64,000 bases of DNA. It comes from an uncultured delta proteobacterium (GTDB lineage Bacteria; Myxococcota_A; Polyangia; Polyangiales; Polyangiaceae). The position numbers and the translations under genes are program-made. This document shows, piece after piece, positions 1 to 10,458 of this stretch (the first letter of the stretch is position 1; every line of letters begins with the position of its first letter). Where the stretch lies: contig CAWKKR010000006.1 in NCBI GenBank assembly GCA_963850305.1, positions 192,001 through 256,000 on the forward strand. The letters are read 5' to 3'. The notes under the pieces were generated by a model, which saw nothing but the letters and a program-made list of their open reading frames with translations, ran no database searches and had not been told where the DNA came from.

Positions 1-2
1 AG

Positions 3-98
3 TTGCTGGAACTCGGACGCCTCGAACACGAACTCGAGAGCGTCTTTTTGCGGCTCGCCGGCGCGAGCAACAAGCCGAAGAACGAGGTCGCGTCGTGA
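3..98 (+). CDS. C-terminal tail of ABC transporter ATP-binding protein (partial)
   Basis: Reads LLELGRLEHELESVFLRLAG...*; the LExVFL tail is typical of ABC-2 ATPases; GTGA overlap with the permease. Confidence 0.6.
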   Translation: MLELGRLEHELESVFLRLAGASNKPKNEVAS

Positions 99-817
99 GC
101 AAAGCCCTCCTCATCGCGCGCCGGGAAATGGGTGCCTACGCGCGTTCGCCGCTCGGTGCGGTCATCATCGCCGGAGCGCTGCTCATCGACGGCATCCTCT
201 TTTACTACTTCGGTCTGTCCCAGCGGATGCTCTCGGCGGAAGTCCTGAGCGAATTCTTTTATTACGCGAGCGGCGTGACGATGGCCGCGGGAATCATCCT
301 GTCGATGCGACTCATCGCCGAAGAGCGGCAAACCCACACGTTCACGCTGCTCAACACCGCGCCGCTCGGCGATTGGGAAATCGTGCTCGGGAAGTACCTG
401 TCGGCGCTGGGAATGATCGGCATCCTGACGGCGCTGACGCTCTACATGCCGGCGCTGATCTTCGTGAACGGAAAGGTCAGCGTCGGGCACATCGCCGTCG
501 GCTACGTGGGCCTGCTCCTGATGGGTTCGGCCACGATTTCCATCGGGCTCTTCGCGTCGAGCTTGACGCGCTCGCAGGTCGTCGCAGCCATCGTCGGCGC
601 GGCGATTCTCACGTCGTTGATTCTCCTGTGGATGCTCGCGCAGGCCGTCGAACCTCCGCTGAACGAAGTGATCGCGGCCATGGCGTTTCATCACCAGAAT
701 TTTCTCGGGTTCCAGAAGGGGATCCTGGAAGCGAGAGGCGTCGCGTATTACCTGGCGGTCACTTACGTCTTTCTCCTGTCCGCGACGAAGATCCTGGAGG
801 CACGCCGATGGCGCTGA
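95..817 (+). CDS. ABC-2 permease, GldF-like
   Basis: IARRE..AY..SP, SMRLIAEERQ..T..LL.T.P, LGKY motifs; about 6 TM helices. Confidence 0.9.
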   Translation: MSKALLIARREMGAYARSPLGAVIIAGALLIDGILFYYFGLSQRMLSAEVLSEFFYYASGVTMAAGIILSMRLIAEERQTHTFTLLNTAPLGDWEIVLGKYLSALGMIGILTALTLYMPALIFVNGKVSVGHIAVGYVGLLLMGSATISIGLFASSLTRSQVVAAIVGAAILTSLILLWMLAQAVEPPLNEVIAAMAFHHQNFLGFQKGILEARGVAYYLAVTYVFLLSATKILEARRWR

Positions 818-3039
818 CCGATTCGAGCGGAAGCGAGAAGACGCCCGGCACGCGTGAAGGGGCTCCGGCGTGGGTCGTCCCGGCGTACGTCGGCGGCCTC
901 GTCGTCCTCTACATCGGGGAACGCGTGGTCGGGACCCTCGACACGGTGCACTGGATCGTGAGCGGGCTCGGTCTCGGCGCGGTGCTCGCGGCGACCGCCG
1001 CACGGTTCGTTCCCACGTGGCAGGCCGGCGGAGAGCGCGGTCGTATCGAGAAACTGCTCGGCATTCTGTCCATCATCGGCGTCGTCGCGCTCGGCCTCTA
1101 CGCCTGCACGACCGACTACGGGCTGGACAAGCTCGGACTCCTGACGGCCCCTGATCAGAAGCGGGAGGCCGCCCAGGGCCTGCTCACCATCGCCTGGGTC
1201 GTCCTCGTCTGCGTCAGCGTGTTCCCGATGCTGTTCGCGGAGGCGGCGCTCTACCCGCAGAGAAACGCGGAACGGCTCGAGAGCCGCCGGGTCGGGGCCG
1301 CCGCCGCCGCCGGCCTGACCATCGCCCTCGCGCTCGTCTATTCTGCGTTCTTCGTCTACTCGGCGACGGGCTCCGACTGGAAGATAGACTTCTCGTATTT
1401 CAAGACGAGCGAGCCCAGCGAGTCCACGCGCAAGCTGGTCGAGGGCTTGAACGAGCCCGTCCGGGTGGTCGCGTTCTTTCCCGAGGTGAACCCGGTCCGC
1501 TCCGAGGTCAAAAATTATCTGACCAAGCTCGCCGACGGCGCGAAGAACATGCACGTCGAGTTCCACGATCGCTACCTGTCGCCGAAGATCGCGAAGGAGA
1601 TGAAGATCGTCCAGGACGGCGTGGTCGTCATCGAAAAGGGCGACGCCAAGCGCATGATCGTCCTCGGTACGGACATCAAGGACGCCGAGAAGGGGCTCAA
1701 GACGCTGGATCGCGATTTCCAGGAGCGACTCCTCAAGCTGCTCCGCGAGCGCCGGAACATCTATCTCACGGTCGGCCACGGCGAGATCAACGACGAGGAG
1801 CGGGCGGGCGGTCCCGATGCTCAGAAAGCCGGCCGCGGCGCGCAGATCTTGAAGATGCTGCTCGGCAAGCAGAACTACACCGTCAAGGATCTCGGGCTGA
1901 CCCAGGGTCTCGCCGTGGATGTTCCGAGCGACGCGGATGTCGTCATGGTGCTCGGTCCGACCGAGCCGTTTGCGCCGGAAGAACTGTCGGCGCTGGACCG
2001 GTACGCCAAGCGCGGCGGCAAGCTCCTCATGGCACTCGATCCGGATGCCATCTCCGCGGATGACGTGGATCCGGACGAGGCGAGCAGCACGGAAGGTGAG
2101 AAGCAGAAGCCGGGCGCGGCAGATTCCGCGGCCAAACCGAGCCCCGGCGGCACGCCGTCCGAGAAGGCGGGGAAGCCCGTCGACGCGAAGACGGCCGAGA
2201 AAAAGAGCGACGAGAAAACGGCCGAGAAAAAGAGCGACGAGAAGCCCGGGGCATCCGCGGCGTCCGCTTCGGCCGAGGTTCCGGCGCAGATCGGAGCCGG
2301 CAAGGGGCTGGTCGGGTCGCTCGAGGCGCTCGCCGGCATCGTGGGCGTCAAGTTCGATCCGACGGTGCTCGTCAACGACAAGGAGTTCGCGCGCCGTCGC
2401 TACAACGACTCCGACAAGACGCTGCTTGTCACGAATCGGTTTTCGTCGCATCCCTCCGTATCGACGCTGAGCCGCAACGCCTCGCGCGCGGCGATCGTCG
2501 TCGCCGGCTCGGGTTCCGTCGAACGCTTGCCGAACTCGCCGGAGAAGGTCGACATCGCGGTGCGAGGCCTGTCGAGCACCTTCAAGGACGTCAACCGGAA
2601 CTACCGGTTCGATCGGGGCCCCGAGCGTCGCGACGCTTACGGCATCGCCGCGGCGGTGACGCTACCCGTGGCCTCCGCCGCGGTACCCAAGCCCGAGGCG
2701 CCTAGCCCGCTCGACAAGAAGGAGGGCATCCACGTCGTCCCCGAGCCGCCCGAGATGCGGGCATTCGTGATCGCGGACGCGGACGTTCTCACCGATCTTG
2801 CCATGTCGAACTTCATGGCGAACCAGGTTCTCGTGATGGATGCGCTCCGCTGGCTCGGCGGTGAAGAGAGCTTCGCGGGCGAGGTGAACAACGAGGAAGA
2901 CGTCCCGATCGAGCACACGCAACAGAAGGATCTGGTCTGGTTTTACGCGACGATCTTCGGCGCGCCCGCGCTCGTGCTGGGGCTCGGTCTCACCTACAGC
3001 CGTCGTAGCCGGCAGCGTCGCGGAGGGAAGAAGTCATGA
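808..3039 (+). CDS. GldG-like ABC auxiliary component
   Basis: ATG 808 after GGAGG; N-terminal TMs, YLTVGHGE, GP..PF...E...LD.Y...GGKLL, C-terminal TM. Confidence 0.85.
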   Translation: MALTDSSGSEKTPGTREGAPAWVVPAYVGGLVVLYIGERVVGTLDTVHWIVSGLGLGAVLAATAARFVPTWQAGGERGRIEKLLGILSIIGVVALGLYACTTDYGLDKLGLLTAPDQKREAAQGLLTIAWVVLVCVSVFPMLFAEAALYPQRNAERLESRRVGAAAAAGLTIALALVYSAFFVYSATGSDWKIDFSYFKTSEPSESTRKLVEGLNEPVRVVAFFPEVNPVRSEVKNYLTKLADGAKNMHVEFHDRYLSPKIAKEMKIVQDGVVVIEKGDAKRMIVLGTDIKDAEKGLKTLDRDFQERLLKLLRERRNIYLTVGHGEINDEERAGGPDAQKAGRGAQILKMLLGKQNYTVKDLGLTQGLAVDVPSDADVVMVLGPTEPFAPEELSALDRYAKRGGKLLMALDPDAISADDVDPDEASSTEGEKQKPGAADSAAKPSPGGTPSEKAGKPVDAKTAEKKSDEKTAEKKSDEKPGASAASASAEVPAQIGAGKGLVGSLEALAGIVGVKFDPTVLVNDKEFARRRYNDSDKTLLVTNRFSSHPSVSTLSRNASRAAIVVAGSGSVERLPNSPEKVDIAVRGLSSTFKDVNRNYRFDRGPERRDAYGIAAAVTLPVASAAVPKPEAPSPLDKKEGIHVVPEPPEMRAFVIADADVLTDLAMSNFMANQVLVMDALRWLGGEESFAGEVNNEEDVPIEHTQQKDLVWFYATIFGAPALVLGLGLTYSRRSRQRRGGKKS

Positions 3040-4067
3040 TCGCGCGAGGCTTGTGGATGCACGGGGCGATTCTCGCGCTCGCCGCGGGGTTTGCGTACCG
3101 AACCTGGACCTACGACGCGAGCAAGGCTCCCAAGCACGGCGAGACCGAACTCTGGCCCGGAACGCCCGATCAGATCCGCGAAGTGCGGTTCGAGACGAAG
3201 GGCGGCAGCCTCTCGCTCGTGCCTCGACAGGACTCGAACGGCCGTTATTTCGTCGGTACGGTGAAGAAGACCGCTCCGCCGGAGCCTCCGAAGCCGTCGG
3301 CGGCGCAATCGATCGGCGGCAAGGACGTGCCCGCCGCGCCGCCTGCCGAGCCGAAGACGGCGTACTTCGTCGCGACCAAGGACGGCGAGGCGTTCCTCGG
3401 CTCTCTCGCGCCGCTCCATGCGCTACGGGTTCTCGGCAAGATTGCTGACGCCGACAAGGCCGAGTTCGGTTTCGACAAGAAGGAGGGCACGCTCACCCTC
3501 GTGACGGACAAGGAGCGCACGCTCATATTCGGAGGCGAGACGCCCGGCGGTAGCGACTACTACGCGAAGGACGAGGCGACCGGGGACGCCTACGTCATCT
3601 CGGGGGCCATCGTCCGGGATCTCACGAACGCGGATCAGCGCCTCGTCGAGCACAAACTGCATGCCTGGGACGACTCCGACGCCAAGCGGGTGAAGATCAC
3701 CGCGGATGGCGTCACCCGGGAGTTCATCCGCAGCGCTGCCGCCAAGAGTGCCTGGACCAAGCCGAGCGCGCCGAACGACAAGGACGAGACCGCGACCAAC
3801 TGGCTCGCCAAGATCGAGCGGGTGCGGACGACGAGCTACGACGGCCAGACGCTCAACCCGCCGCCGGCTGCCGGTGACGTCTTTCTACACATCGAATATT
3901 TCGACTCCCGCAAACCGATCGGATTCCTCGAGCTCGTTCGCCGGCACGGCGACGGGGACAAGATCGACTACGTCGTGAAGACGGAACAGACCCGCTGGTA
4001 CGCGGGCGTCATCCGGAGCCAGATCGAGCAGATCGAGCAGGACATGAAGTCGGTCGTGAATCCCTAG
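3036..4067 (+). CDS. DUF4340-like exported protein
   Basis: N-terminal anchor, EFGFD, L.FG..TPGG..YY; usual position after GldG. Confidence 0.7.
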   Translation: MIARGLWMHGAILALAAGFAYRTWTYDASKAPKHGETELWPGTPDQIREVRFETKGGSLSLVPRQDSNGRYFVGTVKKTAPPEPPKPSAAQSIGGKDVPAAPPAEPKTAYFVATKDGEAFLGSLAPLHALRVLGKIADADKAEFGFDKKEGTLTLVTDKERTLIFGGETPGGSDYYAKDEATGDAYVISGAIVRDLTNADQRLVEHKLHAWDDSDAKRVKITADGVTREFIRSAAAKSAWTKPSAPNDKDETATNWLAKIERVRTTSYDGQTLNPPPAAGDVFLHIEYFDSRKPIGFLELVRRHGDGDKIDYVVKTEQTRWYAGVIRSQIEQIEQDMKSVVNP

Positions 4068-4112
4068 ACCGCACTCGTCTCGATTCTGCTGAAACGGGAC
4101 TTACCGGAGGGC

Positions 4113-5525
4113 TCACTTCTCATCGCTCGCGTCATCCGTCCTGAGCCCGAGCTCCCGCATCTTCTGCTGCAGGTTCTGCCGCACCATCCCGACCGCCGCG
4201 GCCGTGCGCGACACGTTGCCATCGTGCTCCTTCAGGGCGGCGAGAAGAAACGTGCGCTCGAATTCCTCGACCTGGCGGCGCTTGGCTTCGTTGAAGGACA
4301 GCCCGGACGCCGCCGCGACGCTCTGAGTTCGCGGTGCGGCGGCGGACGCGCCGTCAGCCGCGAGCGCCGGCAGGTCGGCGCGCTCGATGACGGCCTCCGG
4401 GGCAAGCACGGCGGCTTGTTCCACGACGTTCCGGAGCTCGCGCACGTTCCCGGGCCAGGCGTGCCGGGCGAGCGTGGCGAGCGCGTCGCTCCCGATGCTC
4501 TTCTTCGCCCTGCCGAGCCGTTCGCCGAGGCGCGAAAGGAACCGCTCGACGAGCATCGGCAAATCTTCCATGCGGTCGCGGAGGGGGGGCAGGGCGATCT
4601 CCACGACCTTGAGTCGGTAATAGAGATCCTGCCGGAACCCGCCGCGACGGACCTCGGTTTCCAGATCGCGGTGAGTGGCGGCGATGACCCGGACATCGAC
4701 GTCGATGGGGCGACCGCCGCCCACACGCTCGAAGGTGCGCTCCTCGAGCACGCGGAGCACCTTGGCCTGCGTCTCGAGCGGCATGTCGCCGATCTCGTCG
4801 AGGAAGATGGAGCCCGAGTGGGCCGCCTCGAAGCGCCCGACGCGCCGGGCCGTGGCGCCCGTGAACGCGCCCTTTTCGTGCCCGAAGAGCTCGCTCTCGA
4901 CGAGCTCCCGGCTGATGGCGGCGCAGTTGACCGCCACGAACGGACGGCTCTTCCGCGCGCTCTCCTGGTGCAGCGCCTGGGCGACGAGCTCCTTGCCCGT
5001 GCCGCTCTCGCCGCGGACGAGCACCGTGAGATCCGTGTCCGCGACCTTCCGGATGGTCTCGAACACCTTCTTCATCGCGGGGCCGGAACCGACGAGCGTC
5101 GAAAATCCAAACTCACGATCGATGCGCTCGAGGAGCAATCGATGCTCGCGCTCGAGCCGCGTTCGTTCGAGCGCGCGCCGGACGACGAGACGCAGCTCGT
5201 CGTTGTCGAACGGCTTCGGGACGTAGTCCTCGGCCCCACCCTTCATCGCCTCCACGGCGGCCTTCTCCGAGCCGTGGGCAGTGACGAGGATGACCGGCGT
5301 CTCGGGACGCGCGACCTTCGACGCGGCGAGGACGTCCATGCCGCTCGTCGCGCCGCCGAGGGACAGATCCGTGACCACCAGGTCGAAGGAGCCCTCGCTC
5401 GCCTTCGCGAGCGCATCCGTGCCGCCGCTCGAGACGACGACCTCGTAGCCTTCCTTTTTCAGCAGCGACCCGAGTGCAATCTGAATCGCGCGCTCGTCGT
5501 CGATGACGAGGATTCGCTCCTTCAA
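4113..5525 (-). CDS. Sigma54-dependent response regulator (NtrC family)
   Basis: Receiver domain, GESGTGKE, GAFTGA, WPGNVREL, Fis-type HTH. Confidence 0.95.
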   Translation of the reverse strand: MKERILVIDDERAIQIALGSLLKKEGYEVVVSSGGTDALAKASEGSFDLVVTDLSLGGATSGMDVLAASKVARPETPVILVTAHGSEKAAVEAMKGGAEDYVPKPFDNDELRLVVRRALERTRLEREHRLLLERIDREFGFSTLVGSGPAMKKVFETIRKVADTDLTVLVRGESGTGKELVAQALHQESARKSRPFVAVNCAAISRELVESELFGHEKGAFTGATARRVGRFEAAHSGSIFLDEIGDMPLETQAKVLRVLEERTFERVGGGRPIDVDVRVIAATHRDLETEVRRGGFRQDLYYRLKVVEIALPPLRDRMEDLPMLVERFLSRLGERLGRAKKSIGSDALATLARHAWPGNVRELRNVVEQAAVLAPEAVIERADLPALAADGASAAAPRTQSVAAASGLSFNEAKRRQVEEFERTFLLAALKEHDGNVSRTAAAVGMVRQNLQQKMRELGLRTDDASDEK

Positions 5526-6541
5526 GGGCCCACCCCCGCCGTCGGCCCGCTCCTCGGGAGCACGATCATGAACTCCGTCCCTTGCCCGATCCGGCTCGTC
5601 ACCTCGATGGACCCGCCGTGCTGCTCGAGCGTCTTCCGCGCGAGCGGGAGCCCGAGCCCCGTGCCGTGCGGCTTCGACGTGTGGAAGGGCCGGAAGATCC
5701 TCTCGAGCCGCTCCGCGGGGATCCCGGGACCGTTGTCGCGAACGCGGAGCCAGACTTCCGTCCCGGCGAGGTTCTGGCCCGCGGAGATGACGATGACGGC
5801 GTCCGCCGTTCCGCCCTCCGCGTGCGCGTCGAGTGCGTTGCCGATGAGGTTCGTCAGCATCTTTCGAAGCTGCTCACCGTCCGCAGTGATCGGTGGCAGC
5901 GGATCGACCTCGCGCAGGAGGCGGACCTGCGCTTTCTCCGCACGGTCGACCATCAGCTCCACGGCCGAGTCGATGACGGAGGATAGGTTCAGCTCGGAAG
6001 GCGTGAACGGCTCCTGCCGGGCGAAGCGCAGCAGATGCGAGATCGACCGCTCGACGCGATCGAGCTCCCCGACGGCGAGCCTCGCCTGCTCGACGGACTC
6101 GGGAGCGGTCGGATCTTCCGCAATCTGCTGCACGAGGCTCTTCGCGGCCGTGATGGGATTGCGGATCTCGTGCGCGATGGCCGCCGACAATTCCTCGAGG
6201 GAGCGGGCGTGCGCTCGCTCCGTCATCTGCAGCTCGGGCGGCGGTCTCGGCGCCGCGCGTTCCGCCTGCGCGACCCACCGCGTCCTCAGTCCGGGCGCGA
6301 CCACGCCGAAAAATCCGTGGCTGGCGAGCGCGATCCCCCACGCGAGAGCGACGACCAGAGCCGGCGTGAACCCGGCGAGCACCCAGAGGAGCGCGCAGGC
6401 GATCGCGTAGACCAGGGCGTGACCCAGCCAGCCGATCTTCCGGTTCGCGGCGCGCCGCGCCGCGCGGACCGTCGCACTCTCGTCCTTCCGGGCGAGAGTC
6501 GCGGACGAGCGGGCGGGCGACGTGGCGACGGCGGGGTTCAT
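5522..6541 (-). CDS. Two-TM sensor histidine kinase
   Basis: AHEIRNP H-box, NLIGNA, DNGPG, GTGLGL; ATG 6541 overlaps the upstream stop (ATGA). Confidence 0.9.
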   Translation of the reverse strand: MNPAVATSPARSSATLARKDESATVRAARRAANRKIGWLGHALVYAIACALLWVLAGFTPALVVALAWGIALASHGFFGVVAPGLRTRWVAQAERAAPRPPPELQMTERAHARSLEELSAAIAHEIRNPITAAKSLVQQIAEDPTAPESVEQARLAVGELDRVERSISHLLRFARQEPFTPSELNLSSVIDSAVELMVDRAEKAQVRLLREVDPLPPITADGEQLRKMLTNLIGNALDAHAEGGTADAVIVISAGQNLAGTEVWLRVRDNGPGIPAERLERIFRPFHTSKPHGTGLGLPLARKTLEQHGGSIEVTSRIGQGTEFMIVLPRSGPTAGVGP

Positions 6542-7519
6542 TTCGCGAGAAGGTGAGCCTCTCCCGATACTAGAGCCTTCCGTCCCTCTCGCGCGGGCAA
6601 TATCCCCAGGGCCGACCAGAGTGGCGCCGTCGTCGCCGTCAGAATGCCGAGATCCACGCAGAGTTCGCGAACCTGCGCGAGCCCGTCGCACGTGAGCCTC
6701 CGGTAGTGCGCGCCACCGTACGCTTCCGCGACGACGCTCTTCGGGACCCCGTGCTGGCCGAAAGACGGCGCTCGGCGGTCTGAGCATCAGCGCCGCAGTT
6801 TCGCGCAGCACGAACGGCGTGAAGAGTCTCAGCTGACAGCGCCGCGCGAGGGAGAGCGCAGGCACATGAGCTTCGAGATACCGGCGCGCGAAGCACACGT
6901 GCCGCGCCTCCTCCGTCACGTGGATCTGGACGATTCTTCGGAGCAGGGGATGCAAGGCGTCCCTGCGCTCGAGCTCCGTGCGCTGTACGTGATCGATGGG
7001 CACCTCGCCGGCGAGCACGTGAATGAAGAATAGCTCCGGGAACACGCGACCGAGGCGTGGCACCGTGCGGGCCACGTGTTTCATCAAGGACGTGAGGCCA
7101 GGCGCATCGAAGCCGGACCGGTTCACGAACTCCTGGAACATCAGGGAGTGTTGCCCTTCCTCGATCACCTCGTGGTAGGCGTACCGATAATCCGGGGAGC
7201 CGTTCGGGCGCGTCGCGGCGAACTCCAGCAACCCGCGCGACAGAATGTTCTCGAACTCGATACCCATCTTCATTTGACAGGCGGACAGATGAAGGCCGAT
7301 GCGCGCGCGGGTTCGTGCCGGCTGATTCCGGTACCAATCCGTCGCGCCGAGGGGATCGGTCGACGTCCTTTCCCAGCGAGGATCCTCGGGATCCACGCGG
7401 CACTGTTCGCTCTCCCACGGCACGTCGGCGTAGGCGTCGAAGTGCTTCTTCACCGATGCGCGACTCAGCCGTAAAACGACGCTGTCGTAGCTCTCGCGTG
7501 TCTTCTCGATATCGTTCAT
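6538..7519 (-). CDS. AurF-like diiron oxygenase (+1 frameshift near 6760)
   Basis: HEVIEEGQH, GE..ID, IHVTEEARHV motifs; the shifted frame gives QHGVPKSVVAEAY...LCVDLGIL...LWSALGI...* ending at 6538. Confidence 0.8.
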
Positions 7520-7571
7520 GTTCGAAGTCCTTTGCTGACCACCCCATCGGGGGCGGACGCGAGGACTCCTA

Positions 7572-7587
7572 CGCACGACCCGTGCCG
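7572..7587 (-). promoter_or_regulatory. Putative sigma54 -24/-12 promoter
   Basis: CGGCACG-GGTC-GTGC versus consensus TGGCACG-N4-TTGC, about 50 bp upstream of the oxygenase. Confidence 0.55.
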
Positions 7588-7637
7588 GACCACGGAAGCC
7601 GAAATGCTGCGGCTTTTTGCATCGACGACGGCTCCGT

Positions 7638-7661
7638 CACTGCAGCTCGGAAGCTGCAGTG
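7638..7661. promoter_or_regulatory. Perfect palindrome, candidate activator site
   Basis: CACTGCAGCT-CGGA-AGCTGCAGTG. Confidence 0.4.
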
Positions 7662-7699
7662 CACCATTCGGAATGCACGTCCGAGCCCGGCGCCTGCAC

Positions 7700-7975
7700 G
7701 GTGCCGAGCTCGTACCCCCGCGCGAAGGCCGAAGCCCGGTACTCGCCGACGCATGGCTGGCCGAAGCCGTGCGGAACGGATTGCTGACTGCCCCGAGGCT
7801 CCGAACGAAGGGCCCCCCGCCGCGCAGGCCCGTCGGCAGCAGCCAGAGTGTGCTCGAAGAGCTCCAGCGCGACCGAGAGGACCGCGGATGATCTACCTCG
7901 ACACGTCGGTCGCGCTCGCGCAATTGCTCGGAGAAGACCGCCATCCGCCCGACGCGTTCTGGGATCGGACCGATA
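7700..7975 (+). pseudogene. vapBC toxin-antitoxin remnant
   Basis: AELVPP...LEELQRDREDRG* (antitoxin C-terminal half) with ATGA overlap into MIYLDTSVALAQLL (PIN N-terminus, 7888), which degenerates after about 28 codons. Confidence 0.65.
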
Positions 7976-8017
7976 GGCCGCCAAGATCGCCCCTCGCAGT
8001 CCACGGCCCTTTCGTCG

Positions 8018-9400
8018 CTATCTCGGCGGCCCCATCGGGCCGTTCGCCATGTGCCCGTCGTGCATCTTCTCGCCGTCGTAGGGCGCCACGTACGGGATCT
8101 TGGCCCACACGGCATCGAAGTCGGCCTTCATCTTCTTCAGCTCGTCAGGGTTCGACTTCGAGAGATCGTGGAGCTCCCCGGGGTCGGCCGAGAGATCGTA
8201 GAGCTCCGTTCGCGCGGCTCCGTAGACGAGGAGCTTCCAGTTTCCGCGGATGATGGCCCGGATCTGCGGGTTGTGACTGTCTTCCGGCAGATCGAGGACG
8301 ATGGGATCGCGGTCCGCCGGCTTTTCGACGCCGTAGATCTCGGGGACGAGCGAGTGTCCGACGAAGGACGGCGGCACCTCGTGGATGCCCTCGAGAGCCA
8401 GGATGGTCGGCGCGAGATCCACCTGCGAGCGCTTTTCGTCGATGCGCTTCGGTGCGGCACCCGGCGTGTGGAAGAAGAGCGGCACGCGCGTGAGCACGTC
8501 CCAGAGCCAGAACGCGTGACGATACACCCCGTGCTCGCCGAACGCCTCGCCGTGGTCCGCCGTGACGATGACGACCGTCTTCTGCCACCAGGGCTGCTTC
8601 CTCGCGAAGTCGAGCAGCCTTCCCACGTGCAGATCAGTGAAGAATACCTCACCGTCGTAGCGCGCGCGGTTACCCTTCCCGAAGTTCGGCGACTCGGGGT
8701 GCAGCATGTACTGATCGTGCGGGTCCATGTAATGGAGCCAGGCGAAGAACGGCTTCCCGGTATGAGCCGGATCGCCGAGCTCCTTGATGCCGAGGTCGGT
8801 GAGCTTGTCGCTCGTGATGTTCGGGTCCGTCGTGGGGTCGAACTCGATGCCCGGCACGAGCTTCCACACGTCGAAGCCCTGGTCGAAGCCTTTGCCGCGC
8901 CCGAAGTAGAGATGCGCATGCATCCCCAGCGTCTCGATCCCGTGGTCGTGGAGCACCTCGGCGAGGAACACGTCGGACTTCGGGTAGTCCGTGAAGAAGT
9001 AGCTCGAACGGTAGAGCGTCGAAGGATACCGGCTCGTCAGGAACGCGGCGACGCTCTTCGCCGTGTAGCTCGAGACGGAGTACGCGTGCGTATAGACGAC
9101 GGACTCGGCCGCCAGCTTCGTCAGATTCGGCGCGATCGGCTTGTCGTACCCCTCCCACGGCATGTCTTGCCGCATGGAATCGATCGACAGCAGGATGACG
9201 TTCAGAGGTTCGCTCGGTAGTTCGGGCGCGTTCATCTTCGGCGAAGGGGGGGCACCCGACGCACTCGCGACGGCGCTCGCGGTCCCGGGCGGCGCGGCGG
9301 AAGGGCTCGGCGCAGGCGACGACGGTCCGCCGCTCTTGTTGCAGGCGGCGAGCAACATTGCCGCCGCGGCGACGAGACCGAGGGAGCGCGCTCGAATCAT
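8018..9400 (-). CDS. Sulfatase/alkaline-phosphatase superfamily lipoprotein
   Basis: LAAC lipobox, NVILLSIDS, HYMDPH, TADHGE, ELYDL..DPGE. Confidence 0.85.
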   Translation of the reverse strand: MIRARSLGLVAAAAMLLAACNKSGGPSSPAPSPSAAPPGTASAVASASGAPPSPKMNAPELPSEPLNVILLSIDSMRQDMPWEGYDKPIAPNLTKLAAESVVYTHAYSVSSYTAKSVAAFLTSRYPSTLYRSSYFFTDYPKSDVFLAEVLHDHGIETLGMHAHLYFGRGKGFDQGFDVWKLVPGIEFDPTTDPNITSDKLTDLGIKELGDPAHTGKPFFAWLHYMDPHDQYMLHPESPNFGKGNRARYDGEVFFTDLHVGRLLDFARKQPWWQKTVVIVTADHGEAFGEHGVYRHAFWLWDVLTRVPLFFHTPGAAPKRIDEKRSQVDLAPTILALEGIHEVPPSFVGHSLVPEIYGVEKPADRDPIVLDLPEDSHNPQIRAIIRGNWKLLVYGAARTELYDLSADPGELHDLSKSNPDELKKMKADFDAVWAKIPYVAPYDGEKMHDGHMANGPMGPPR

Positions 9401-10458
9401 CCCTGAGCGAGCCAGCGCAGCGCGGCCTGATACATCGCCGGCTTCGTATCGAGCGCCACTTCGTGGCCCATGTCCTTCGGGGTCGACACGCGCACGGGCA
9501 CACCGGCTGCGGCGAGCCAGCGCCGGACCTGTGCGGCGTCGTCCACGACGTCGTCGTGCTCGCCCGTGATGAGATACACCCGGCGCACCCGACCGCGCGC
9601 TTCCGGCAGAGACGCGAGCCCGGCCGCGCCCCAGTAATCCGAATCCGCGCCGAGGATGAGCCATCGGTTGAACGTGTGAGGCTCGCGCAAACCGACGTTC
9701 ATCGCCACGAACGCCCCTTCGCTGAACCCTATGAGCGTGTTGCCGTAGAGCTGAACCCGGCGCCCGTAGCGACGGCGGAGTCCGTCGATCGCCTCCATGA
9801 CGATGTTCTGCCCGCCGACCCAGTTGTTGTTCCAGCCGCGCTTACCACCGCCGCGATCTTCGGGCCCCGAGGGACACACGAGCCACCCGAGATTCCGCGC
9901 GACGCGACTCCAGCGCTCGCAATAGTATTTCGGTTCCGCGCCGCGACCGTGGAGGTACACGATGACGGGCCGCATGCGCAGCCGACCGGGTCCGGTGGGT
10001 TCGTAATAATACGCGGGAGCCGAGCCCCGGATCGGAAGCTCCTGTATGCCGCTCTCCGTCTCCGCGAGCGGCTTCAGATGCACCCGCGCTTCTTCCGCGG
10101 ATTCGTCCTTCGCCGGGATGGTGAGCTTCTGCCCGACGCGAATCCTCGCCGACCTCTTGATGCCATTTGCTGCGGCGAGCAGCGACGTCTTCAGCCCGTA
10201 GTGATGCGCAATCCCGCCGAGCGTCTCGTGGGCGCGCACGACGTGCTCCGTCGGCCCTGGCGCGTCCCGTTCCTCTTCGGCGCTTGCGTGCGAGACGCGT
10301 TCAGGCGCTGCGGGTTCCGGGGGCGGCGGTTCCAGCGGCGGCGCAGCTCTGCCCTCGGCACCGGCGTCCGCGCCGGTGGGGATCTGCGCGCCGACGCTCG
10401 CGGGCGCCAGGGCCGCGCCGAGCGCAAAGAGCGTCGCGAAGAAAGAGAGCCGTCGCAT
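9397..10458 (-). CDS. Secreted LysM-domain alpha/beta hydrolase
   Basis: Signal peptide, LysM (HVVRAHETLGGIA...GQKLTIP), YLHG, GFSEG, MGH. Confidence 0.8.
   Translation of the reverse strand: MRRLSFFATLFALGAALAPASVGAQIPTGADAGAEGRAAPPLEPPPPEPAAPERVSHASAEEERDAPGPTEHVVRAHETLGGIAHHYGLKTSLLAAANGIKRSARIRVGQKLTIPAKDESAEEARVHLKPLAETESGIQELPIRGSAPAYYYEPTGPGRLRMRPVIVYLHGRGAEPKYYCERWSRVARNLGWLVCPSGPEDRGGGKRGWNNNWVGGQNIVMEAIDGLRRRYGRRVQLYGNTLIGFSEGAFVAMNVGLREPHTFNRWLILGADSDYWGAAGLASLPEARGRVRRVYLITGEHDDVVDDAAQVRRWLAAAGVPVRVSTPKDMGHEVALDTKPAMYQAALRWLAQG

Noticed and set aside
5522..7576. Apparent 684-aa diiron oxygenase-histidine kinase fusion
   Set aside because: One extra base near 6760 explains it; the corrected oxygenase has a natural C-terminus and stops in an ATGA overlap with the kinase start
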